Below are positions 17,160 through 24,561 of a stretch of 56,409 bases of DNA, one piece after another. Both the position numbers and the translations under genes were made by a program. The stretch comes from a virus (lineage: Duplodnaviria; Caudoviricetes), in the IMG/VR virus record IMGVR_UViG_3300044681_000017, positions 1 through 56,409 of that record; one strand, written 5' to 3'. Each line of letters begins with the position of its first letter. The first letter of the stretch is position 1. Below the pieces are notes generated by a model. That model searched no databases, was not told the origin of the DNA, and was given only the letters and a program-made list of their open reading frames with translations.

Positions 17160-17503
17160 TTTGTCACCCTTATAGTATAATCAAGTTGAGACTCTGGTCT
17201 TTCAAAGACTTTGTTTGTATCTTCAAATCGACCCTCATTGATCGTGTCCACCCAGATTGTAAAGTCCGGATTGAGTTCCTTTCGAAACTCTCTCTTGGGG
17301 CAAACAAAATCAACAATTCCAAACTCGTATGATTTCATCCTTGCTAGTTGACGTTTCCTACCCTCATCCGTAAAGTCCCAGTCATTATATGCTTCACGAA
17401 TCGTGTCCGCATTGTAATGTGGTACAAGGAAATGATAGGCAAGTTCTCTAGCGAGAGTTGACTTCCCCGAGCCTGGCAAACCAAAAATCAGTATCTTTTT
17501 CAT
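17054..17503 (-). CDS. Adenylyl-sulfate kinase-like P-loop kinase
   Basis: GLPGSGKST, NADTIR, DFTDEGR, DFVCP, FERP. Confidence 0.75.
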   Translation of the reverse strand: MKKILIFGLPGSGKSTLARELAYHFLVPHYNADTIREAYNDWDFTDEGRKRQLARMKSYEFGIVDFVCPKREFRKELNPDFTIWVDTINEGRFEDTNKVFERPESQLDYTIRVTKWIDLNQLRSSLEGFNRGMTGIQNYLNEQFPKLVK

Positions 17504-18066
17504 ATATCCCTACGTATAACATGCCAATCAACTACTAAGTGAATCCTATCACTCCCCCCGTTGATCACACTATGGGGCAAGGTATTATCTATAAGATAGA
17601 CTTCCCCCTCATCCATCCAAACGCAATCGGGTTCGTTATAGAAACTGACCGATTCGTTGGTGATGATTGGGACATGTACACGGTTATTATAAGCGATTGT
17701 GGGGAACATGTCAACATGTTTCACAATCTCTGATTGACCCTTTAATAGATCAAAGGTGATGTTGATGAAGTACCCATCTCCAAGAGTGTTCTTGAGCAGG
17801 GTTGTCAACTCCCCAAAAAACACAGGATCGTAGTACTTCTCAAAAAGTTCTGTGGGTGATGAAGGATAGGACATATCCTTCGATTGGATATCTGGATTAC
17901 TTACCATCGCAAGAGGAAGTGTCAGAACGTTTTCGTGAGACTTGGCCTTCATGCCATAACGATCTTCCCAATACAACCAATCGGATTCGTCTAGGGATTG
18001 GAAACGGTGGACATAGTTTCCTACATCCACCTCTCCAAGTTTTTTGACCGTTACGTAGTCAGTCAT
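17500..18066 (-). CDS. Aspartyl/asparaginyl beta-hydroxylase-type 2OG-Fe(II) oxygenase
   Basis: HVD...RVHVPIITN...DNTLPHSVIN...RIHLVVD. Confidence 0.8.
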   Translation of the reverse strand: MTDYVTVKKLGEVDVGNYVHRFQSLDESDWLYWEDRYGMKAKSHENVLTLPLAMVSNPDIQSKDMSYPSSPTELFEKYYDPVFFGELTTLLKNTLGDGYFINITFDLLKGQSEIVKHVDMFPTIAYNNRVHVPIITNESVSFYNEPDCVWMDEGEVYLIDNTLPHSVINGGSDRIHLVVDWHVIRRDI

Positions 18067-19022
18067 TAGGCAGCCATTGCGTATTCGACTGCCTTCTCAA
18101 CCGCACGTTGCTTACGAGTCTGGTTCGAACCAAACCAAGCGGAGGTCAAGCGGGTATCCGCTTCACGACCCATAACGTGGTCAGTGAGGTAGGTCACACT
18201 GTTCAGTGCTTGCCACCAAGAACCCTCACCGAAGTTAGCACCAGGCTGAGTTTCCAGAACCTCGTGTGCCTTCTTCGCATTCGAAGTGAGGTCTTCGAAG
18301 TTGAGGACGTTATCGCCCTTCTTACCAACGTAGGTACGAGGGAAGACTTCGTTGTAGTACTGAATGAGCGACTCAGGAGTGAAACGCTTCTTGGCGAGGA
18401 ACTCCGCCATCTCCTTGTACTGAGCAAACTTCTCGTGGGCGATACCCAGAGCTTCCTTAACCTTCTGAGGGTTAAACTCAGAACGGTGGTTCATCTTGCA
18501 AGAGTTTGCAACCTGCTGACCCAACGACATGGTAAGAGTGTTGTTGCAGACCACACGAATCGGAGTGAACCGAACGTCAATCGACTTACCATACTGGTGA
18601 GGGTTAGAGAAGAGAAGGTAGGAATCAACCTGATCACCACCAAGGATATCGAACGACTCCTTGATCTTGGCGAGTGCCCAAACCATCTGTCCACCCTTGA
18701 GTGAACCAGCGGTGTGCATTTCCATGTCACCAGCAAGGACGTACTCAGAGAAGAACTCAAACGCTTCTTCGTTCTGGACAGGGTTCCAGTTCTCACCAAC
18801 CTGAGTCAGAACCTTGTTGTCCGAAGAACGGACAAGGGCTTCAACCCCCGTTGGGATTTCCAGATCACCCACACGTGCATAGGTAGGAACCTTCTCGACT
18901 GTCCAATCAAGACCAGCCTTCTGCATCATCTGTGCGGGAGTGAGATCATTAGATACTGGTACACCAAGACCGTGCCAAGGAACTTCACCAGCGTATGCCA
19001 TCGTTTCAACCATATGAGCCAT
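18066..19022 (-). CDS. DUF932/DUF945-type phage/plasmid protein
   Basis: PWHGLG, AGLDWTV, PVQNEEAF, TPIRVVCNNTL; start moved to MAHMVE. Confidence 0.85.
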   Translation of the reverse strand: MAHMVETMAYAGEVPWHGLGVPVSNDLTPAQMMQKAGLDWTVEKVPTYARVGDLEIPTGVEALVRSSDNKVLTQVGENWNPVQNEEAFEFFSEYVLAGDMEMHTAGSLKGGQMVWALAKIKESFDILGGDQVDSYLLFSNPHQYGKSIDVRFTPIRVVCNNTLTMSLGQQVANSCKMNHRSEFNPQKVKEALGIAHEKFAQYKEMAEFLAKKRFTPESLIQYYNEVFPRTYVGKKGDNVLNFEDLTSNAKKAHEVLETQPGANFGEGSWWQALNSVTYLTDHVMGREADTRLTSAWFGSNQTRKQRAVEKAVEYAMAA

Positions 19023-19073
19023 AATATATTCTCCGAAGTTTCTGAAGAGACCATCTCCCCAGATCATGTTTAT

Positions 19074-19102
19074 ATAATAAGCGATGGGCCAGGAAAAGTC
19101 AA
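19074..19102 (-). promoter_or_regulatory. Sigma70-type early promoter with A/T-rich UP region
   Basis: TTGACT-17-TATTAT preceded by T-tracts. Confidence 0.7.
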
Positions 19103-19130
19103 GCGTTATTTTGAAAAAAAGTGAAAAAAA

Positions 19131-19328
19131 TTACGTTAGGAGGTTAACCCTGTGGCCACGTACCACGGTGGACTCCAATTGACCCCACTTGTTGTATGTA
19201 TATACAGTCTCTTGTTGAGTCTCCGTAGACGGGAGTAATCGGATGACAGTCTTGACAAGGGGAACCTCATAAGGATTCCGTCCATTAACTGGATAGACTG
19301 TGGCTGTTATTGGACTGATTTTGTCCAT
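19131..19328 (-). CDS. Small hypothetical protein
   Basis: 65 aa, TAATG coupling to the upstream gene. Confidence 0.6.
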   Translation of the reverse strand: MDKISPITATVYPVNGRNPYEVPLVKTVIRLLPSTETQQETVYTYNKWGQLESTVVRGHRVNLLT

Positions 19329-19558
19329 TAATAGAGAGAGATCAGGGTCTCCACCACTAGAATCATCTGGTTGGTGAGGACAGTCTTCTTAGACTTATCA
19401 GTGATCAACTTGGTATTGTGAATGTCTTCAAGAATCTCTTTGAATTCTTCTGGTGTCAAATCACCACTTTCTACACAACTCTGAGCTTCTGCGATCATAT
19501 CCGCCAGGGACTTCATCTCAGGATCGATGTTCTGTAACCTTAGTTCATTTAAATCCAT
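19328..19558 (-). CDS. Small helical hypothetical protein
   Basis: 76 aa, TAATG coupling. Confidence 0.6.
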   Translation of the reverse strand: MDLNELRLQNIDPEMKSLADMIAEAQSCVESGDLTPEEFKEILEDIHNTKLITDKSKKTVLTNQMILVVETLISLY

Positions 19559-19941
19559 TACTTAACCCTCCCCATAATAGCCTTAGCAATTTGGGCACTT
19601 TGTTCCTGTAATACGGTCTTCTTAAGATTGCAGTAGGTTTCGCTAATCTGTTCTCTCTTGACCATGCCATCAGTTGTATTTTTCATTAGTTCTAACATCT
19701 CTAGAATGTCTCTAGACTTCTTAAATTGGGCATAACTAATTAACCAGTCAACTTCATGATCAATCCACTGGACATGGAAGATCAAGTCTTCGTCACGGGA
19801 ACAGTCCAGCATATTGATGTTGTGGTGGATGTCAACGATTTTCGAAGACTCGTTATCATCGTAACGACTTGGGATAGACATACATCCAGCCAATATACTC
19901 ATCCCCAGCGTACAAGCTAATATTTTACCATAAAATTTCAT
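19558..19941 (-). CDS. Lipoprotein
   Basis: Signal peptide ending in lipobox LAGC. Confidence 0.75.
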   Translation of the reverse strand: MKFYGKILACTLGMSILAGCMSIPSRYDDNESSKIVDIHHNINMLDCSRDEDLIFHVQWIDHEVDWLISYAQFKKSRDILEMLELMKNTTDGMVKREQISETYCNLKKTVLQEQSAQIAKAIMGRVK

Positions 19942-19953
19942 ATTTGTCAAGCC

Positions 19954-20433
19954 CTAATTTGCTAAAGGATTATCTAGGAATGCCTGAATCTTAGCGTCTA
20001 ATCTAGACTCCAACTGTTGCAACTTCCTGTCAGTATCCACGACCAGAGCATCTCTCTTCGTATCAAAACGTTCATCTGCTCTGTCGATCATATCTTCCAT
20101 CTTGGTCTCTAGTATCCGATTCTGATCTTCGATTCTATCGACATTTCTTTCCATACGATTGAAGTCATCACGCAAATCGTTCTTGATTGTTCGTGAATAG
20201 TCTACAGCCGCATCAACCTGAACTAACGCATCAGTTAATTTCTGTTCAATTAACTTGTTTCTATTTTCAATCGCTGTCGTATCTATATTGGCAATGATCT
20301 CTTTCATGTCCATATAGTCTTTATATATCTCAAAACCACCCCATGCTGCGCCACCCAGAGTTGAAAGGGCGGTCAGCACAACCATCATTTTACCACCCTT
20401 GAAGGTCATGCCTCCAAATTCAAACTCTGCCAT
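19954..20433 (-). CDS. Membrane-anchored long coiled-coil protein
   Basis: N-terminal hydrophobic helix followed by about 120 aa of heptad-rich sequence; start MAEFEF. Confidence 0.75.
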   Translation of the reverse strand: MAEFEFGGMTFKGGKMMVVLTALSTLGGAAWGGFEIYKDYMDMKEIIANIDTTAIENRNKLIEQKLTDALVQVDAAVDYSRTIKNDLRDDFNRMERNVDRIEDQNRILETKMEDMIDRADERFDTKRDALVVDTDRKLQQLESRLDAKIQAFLDNPLAN

Positions 20434-20443
20434 GTTTAACCTC

Positions 20444-20929
20444 TTATTCTTCGAATCTAAGATTACGCAACTGTTCAATCTCAGCCTGTAATCTCATTAC
20501 CTCTAACCTTTTCTTTTCCAATTCCAACATGTACAAGGTGTTGCAATTGGGTCTTTCTCTTGGAGCCCCAATCGGAATAGTTATCCGTGCATACACACCA
20601 ACATCTCTTGTCATACCATTACTACCAAATCTGGTAGGCGGTTGAGTATAATCAACCGAACCAGAATATGTGGAGTAATATGGATCGTCTTGGTTTAGAA
20701 TACCAACAACGCCAAACTCCATGTTCGTTGCGGAACCAATGGCCGCAGAACATTCAAAATCTCCAGCCCTAACTCTATCCTGTTGATAACTCTGAGGAGA
20801 GCTAGGAATGTTCAAATTCAGAGAACTCGCACTATTACTAGTCGGAGCCCTTTCAATAATTGTTGTCTGTTGTGCATATGCATTTCCTGTACAACAAACA
20901 AGAAACGCTGCTAAAATATATTTTTTCAT
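20444..20929 (-). CDS. Secreted protein with amphipathic beta-hairpin and C-terminal coiled coil
   Basis: Signal peptide ...NAYA|Q; NMEFGVVG and VGVYARITIPIG strands; two Cys in the mature part. Confidence 0.75.
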   Translation of the reverse strand: MKKYILAAFLVCCTGNAYAQQTTIIERAPTSNSASSLNLNIPSSPQSYQQDRVRAGDFECSAAIGSATNMEFGVVGILNQDDPYYSTYSGSVDYTQPPTRFGSNGMTRDVGVYARITIPIGAPRERPNCNTLYMLELEKKRLEVMRLQAEIEQLRNLRFEE

Positions 20930-21300
20930 TTCAACCTTGAACATATTCTAGATGATATAGAAGTCCCTGTACTATTACCTTTTAACATCTTAGATCGTGA
21001 ACAGATATAATCAGCGGTATCTCTATCTTCTTCACGAATGTAAATAACAATTTCTCTTCTTTGTAAATAATCCACACGGATTATTCTTTCCGTGGTAGCA
21101 AACTTTACTGGATTCCAGTCCTTATCATATACATTGATTTCATAATAAGAAACTTCTTCTCTGCCATTAAATAGGAGCATTGTTGTTTGTAAAACACCAC
21201 TCATATAACTATTCTCTAAATGAGGATAGGTTGGTGTCCAAGAGTGGGCCATTACAGGCCCACTCATAAACAACGCAAATAATATCATAACAAAACGCAT
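20926..21300 (-). CDS. Secreted Ig-fold protein resembling a PapD-type pilus chaperone N-domain
   Basis: Signal peptide ...VMA|H; TPT...LFN...YEINV...RIIRV...IVIYI...YIC pattern. Confidence 0.55.
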   Translation of the reverse strand: MRFVMILFALFMSGPVMAHSWTPTYPHLENSYMSGVLQTTMLLFNGREEVSYYEINVYDKDWNPVKFATTERIIRVDYLQRREIVIYIREEDRDTADYICSRSKMLKGNSTGTSISSRICSRLK

Positions 21301-21308
21301 GTTAACTC

Positions 21309-21806
21309 CTAAAGGGCGATACACTCCGCAACAACTGTGGCACGGTAGATACCAGCGGGTAACGCCTTATCGTAACCATAGTCGGCTTGTGAAGAAACTT
21401 TAAACCATGTACTACCGGCAATTGTTAAATCTACCTCAGTCACATTGTTATATAGTCTCTTATCGTTATCGTATGCGGACATCCCTGCATCCGATACTTC
21501 AGCAACGGTAACTTCGCCAGTCCAGTTAACTACATCATCAAGAGCAGGACTCTCAACAAATTCGTCAGGAACCGAAATCATAGCCTTGTAGTAATTCGAT
21601 TGAATAACATCGTAACGAACGATAGGTTGAACACCCCCGTCCGCAGCCGCTGTACTTAATCTACTCGGTGATGGGTTTCCGTAAATACCAATAGTGTCAG
21701 TTGTCACCACACATTTAGAATCTACAGTGCCCGTAATATCAACATCTGCTGCTACTGCACTTGTGCTAAGCACTAATGCAATACCAGTAAATACTTTCTT
21801 GAACAT
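21309..21806 (-). CDS. Secreted fimbrial/pilin-like subunit
   Basis: Signal peptide ...AVA|A; VDITGTVDSKC N-terminal strand; PAGIYRATVVAEC C-terminal strand. Confidence 0.6.
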   Translation of the reverse strand: MFKKVFTGIALVLSTSAVAADVDITGTVDSKCVVTTDTIGIYGNPSPSRLSTAAADGGVQPIVRYDVIQSNYYKAMISVPDEFVESPALDDVVNWTGEVTVAEVSDAGMSAYDNDKRLYNNVTEVDLTIAGSTWFKVSSQADYGYDKALPAGIYRATVVAECIAL

Positions 21807-21832
21807 CAGTATGCTCCCTTTATTAAATTTTA

Positions 21833-22705
21833 TTATTTCTCATACTGTAGATTCACCAATTTCTGGTGCAATTGATCTTGTGCAAATTGATTTAATCTGA
21901 ACCTCGCATTATCTGGAAGGTCAGCATCAATTAACACAACTGTCTCTTCATATTTAGTATCTGGCAAAGTTGAATAGTAATTATTTGGAATAAAATTAAG
22001 AGAAAGTAATGCGGTCATATTTGCGACATCTGCTGCTGCAACTAGTGACGGATTGACAATACCAAGGATGTCTTCTATAGATTTTCTTTCTCGCCCCTTA
22101 CTATTTTCCTTGACTTTCTCACGATCCTTATCTTCTTCATCCTCATCAGAAGTTTCGGTTTTTTTATTAAGTTCGTCTTTGATATAAGGATCATCAAGGG
22201 GGTCTGTCACAGATAGATCAGGCATTGCCACAGGGGGAATATAGCCGGGACATTCTGGTTTATCTGTAACTTGATAACAGGGATCGTACTGATAGTTGTA
22301 CACCACCAGAGCATTTTCTACTGTACCAAACCCCTCGACTTGAATAGAACCGTCTCCCCAGTATTCACGGGGGATGCTCTGAACAGGAACTAACTTTCGG
22401 ATGGTATTGCCGGGCACACCAGACCAGTCATCTGCGCTTCTGAAGATATAACCACCATCGATGGCATTCTCGTTCTGCACATAAACGACCATATCGTCTT
22501 CTGTGTTCTTAACAGTGGTGTAACGATACAACACCCCGTTCACAGTCAGTCCTGCCTGTTGAGGCAGTATATTCGACATCACCCAATTCAGACCATTTGC
22601 GGCCGCATTGGGTGAACTCTCGTAGACATCTTGTGCGTTAGAGGGCGAGTAAAAGCAAAAGCAAACCAGCGACACCGCCAGCGCCAAGTAGTGTTTTACT
22701 ACCAT
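21833..22705 (-). CDS. Secreted protein (beta domain, Cys-Pro linker, acidic helical tail)
   Basis: Signal peptide ...SNA|Q; DPC...PECPGY. Confidence 0.7.
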   Translation of the reverse strand: MVVKHYLALAVSLVCFCFYSPSNAQDVYESSPNAAANGLNWVMSNILPQQAGLTVNGVLYRYTTVKNTEDDMVVYVQNENAIDGGYIFRSADDWSGVPGNTIRKLVPVQSIPREYWGDGSIQVEGFGTVENALVVYNYQYDPCYQVTDKPECPGYIPPVAMPDLSVTDPLDDPYIKDELNKKTETSDEDEEDKDREKVKENSKGRERKSIEDILGIVNPSLVAAADVANMTALLSLNFIPNNYYSTLPDTKYEETVVLIDADLPDNARFRLNQFAQDQLHQKLVNLQYEK

Positions 22706-23213
22706 TGTCTAACCCCTTATCTTCCTTTTTAGCTGAAGGTTGTTCTTCTTGATTAACTTCCCATGCAGCTTTAGCTTCCAGTCCGATAAGTCCGTCATAA
22801 GGACAAGGTGTACCAGCGTGCATCATTGCCTCAAAAACACGTTCGTCTTGACACATGATAGAAACTGCGGCAACCTTCATGCCCATATCATATGTGGTCT
22901 TAGCCAGTTTCAAACGTTCGCAGTTCTCATCGGTAACCTGAGTGCCTGTTGAGATACCCAAAATCTGAGTCTGAATAGCTCCAGCCACACCAAAGGTACA
23001 AAGGTCAGAATTTGACGTATTGATCGTGGGTGAGATTGCAGAAGCAGGAGGAGACCTGAGTGTGGTTGTAGTTCTACCGTTGGTAGTAACCGTACTCTCA
23101 GTGATAATAGGTTCGATAACCGTATCGGAAGTTGTATTTGTTTGTGTTTGTGCATACGCACCAACGCTGAATAACGATGTCATTAACATCAAAGTTGTAA
23201 TAATAAAACGCAT
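22638..23213 (-). CDS. Secreted Thr-rich protein with Cys-containing domain and C-terminal membrane anchor
   Basis: Signal peptide ...AYA|Q; SPPASAISP...DLC...DENCERLK...CQD...GTPCP; C-terminal GAGGVAGLLLLLLAL. Confidence 0.75.
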   Translation of the reverse strand: MRFIITTLMLMTSLFSVGAYAQTQTNTTSDTVIEPIITESTVTTNGRTTTTLRSPPASAISPTINTSNSDLCTFGVAGAIQTQILGISTGTQVTDENCERLKLAKTTYDMGMKVAAVSIMCQDERVFEAMMHAGTPCPYDGLIGLEAKAAWEVNQEEQPSAKKEDKGLDNGSKTLLGAGGVAGLLLLLLAL

Positions 23214-23225
23214 AAAATTCCCCAT

Positions 23226-23259
23226 AAAAAAACCCTGAAGACTTAGTGCCTTCAGGGTT
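23226..23259 (-). terminator. Rho-independent terminator
   Basis: AACCCTGAAG-9 nt-CTTCAGGGTT stem running into a U-tract. Confidence 0.8.
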
Positions 23260-23265
23260 ATTTAG
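23259..23265 (-). promoter_or_regulatory. Variant late promoter overlapping the terminator's 5' arm
   Basis: CTAAATA, matching the TAAATA core of TATAAATA. Confidence 0.45.
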
Positions 23266-23278
23266 TCTTTTTTAATCG

Positions 23279-24034
23279 TTAAGATTGATTGAATATGTGG
23301 TATAACAGTCCAGCATATTCGGTATGAGTGTCTTCGTCTGGATGACTGTTTGGTTTTAAAGTATATTTCTGTTCAGCCAAACTGTACATGTCAATCCAAG
23401 AAGTAAGTCCAATCTTACTTTCTTTTCGCAACAGACCCATCATATGGTCTACTTTTTTCTGCCAATTACCATATCGTTTCAATTTATGATTATCATTAAT
23501 GATATGTCGCAGACTTTCTTTGAGTTGTATATGAAACGCACCCTGCACTAACTTGATTCCCATGGCATCACATAGGGTTTGCATAGCGACCATCTTACTC
23601 AAGTGTTGAATTATAACTGTTCTGGTATCGTAAGCTTCGTCAAAATATTTGAACACAGGGCCCCATTTCTGAGGCATAAGGTTCCTTACCCTTTCTGGAG
23701 AAATTTGTGTGATATCATCAAATCTCTGTATAGGAAGAGGTTGTCCCCAATTATTAACCTCAGGCCTGGCTTCTGCAAACTCCAACCTCGACCAACCAGA
23801 CCACAAAATAACCATATGTGATGGTTTTGGTTTAGTGGGATCAGAGAGATAAACAATCGTATCTCTGAAAATTTTGTCGTTACCTCCACCACAAGTGGAT
23901 AGGTTCACATAGGGCATACCCAACAAGTTTGCCAACTTGTGAGTAAAGGTGTGTTCTTGGTGACTAGGGGGTTCAGTATCAAACCCCCGCAATTCATCAC
24001 CCCAAACAAAACTACATCCATTCGTTAAAAGCAC
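23279..24034 (-). CDS. SGNH/GDSL hydrolase-like protein
   Basis: NGCSFVWG (block I), NLSTCGGGN (block II), C-terminal HP. Confidence 0.7.
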   Translation of the reverse strand: MLLTNGCSFVWGDELRGFDTEPPSHQEHTFTHKLANLLGMPYVNLSTCGGGNDKIFRDTIVYLSDPTKPKPSHMVILWSGWSRLEFAEARPEVNNWGQPLPIQRFDDITQISPERVRNLMPQKWGPVFKYFDEAYDTRTVIIQHLSKMVAMQTLCDAMGIKLVQGAFHIQLKESLRHIINDNHKLKRYGNWQKKVDHMMGLLRKESKIGLTSWIDMYSLAEQKYTLKPNSHPDEDTHTEYAGLLYHIFNQS

Positions 24035-24561
24035 TAACTATTCTCTCTATCGTGTACGTACAAGGCGAGAAGGGCATAGTGAATAATCTTCAACAAGTCC
24101 TTACGATGATCGTCCTTTGTACCTTTGTTTCCATATCTTGCATTGTATTTATCAACATTTCCAAGAAAGAAACCAATACCACGACCACGATCAACAATTA
24201 CCTCACTGGACTGAATACCAGACTGGCAATAGTGAGCTGTGTATGTACTATCGATATAGTTCTTAACTTCATTGATCAGTTCGTCTTCACGGAACTTATA
24301 ATCAATCTGTTTAGTATTATCCGTCAGACCAAAACTAACATTATAATCGTTACTAACATTATATGTGTCCCACAAATCGTAAGTCACGTCCTCTAGATTA
24401 ATATCAACTGTAGAAACTTCAAAGTCCTCATAGTTCAGTGAAGGTGTCTGTGTAACTGTAATAGTTCCGCTGTTAGCGAGTTCGTCCAGATGTTTACGGT
24501 TCATTTCATTCCACTCTTCGGGAGTGATGTCATCAATACTGCCAGTCTTTTTCTTACTCAT
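24034..24561 (-). CDS. DUF3310-like protein
   Basis: HY...GFFLGNVDKYNARYGNKG...DLLKIIHY. Confidence 0.75.
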   Translation of the reverse strand: MSKKKTGSIDDITPEEWNEMNRKHLDELANSGTITVTQTPSLNYEDFEVSTVDINLEDVTYDLWDTYNVSNDYNVSFGLTDNTKQIDYKFREDELINEVKNYIDSTYTAHYCQSGIQSSEVIVDRGRGIGFFLGNVDKYNARYGNKGTKDDHRKDLLKIIHYALLALYVHDRENS

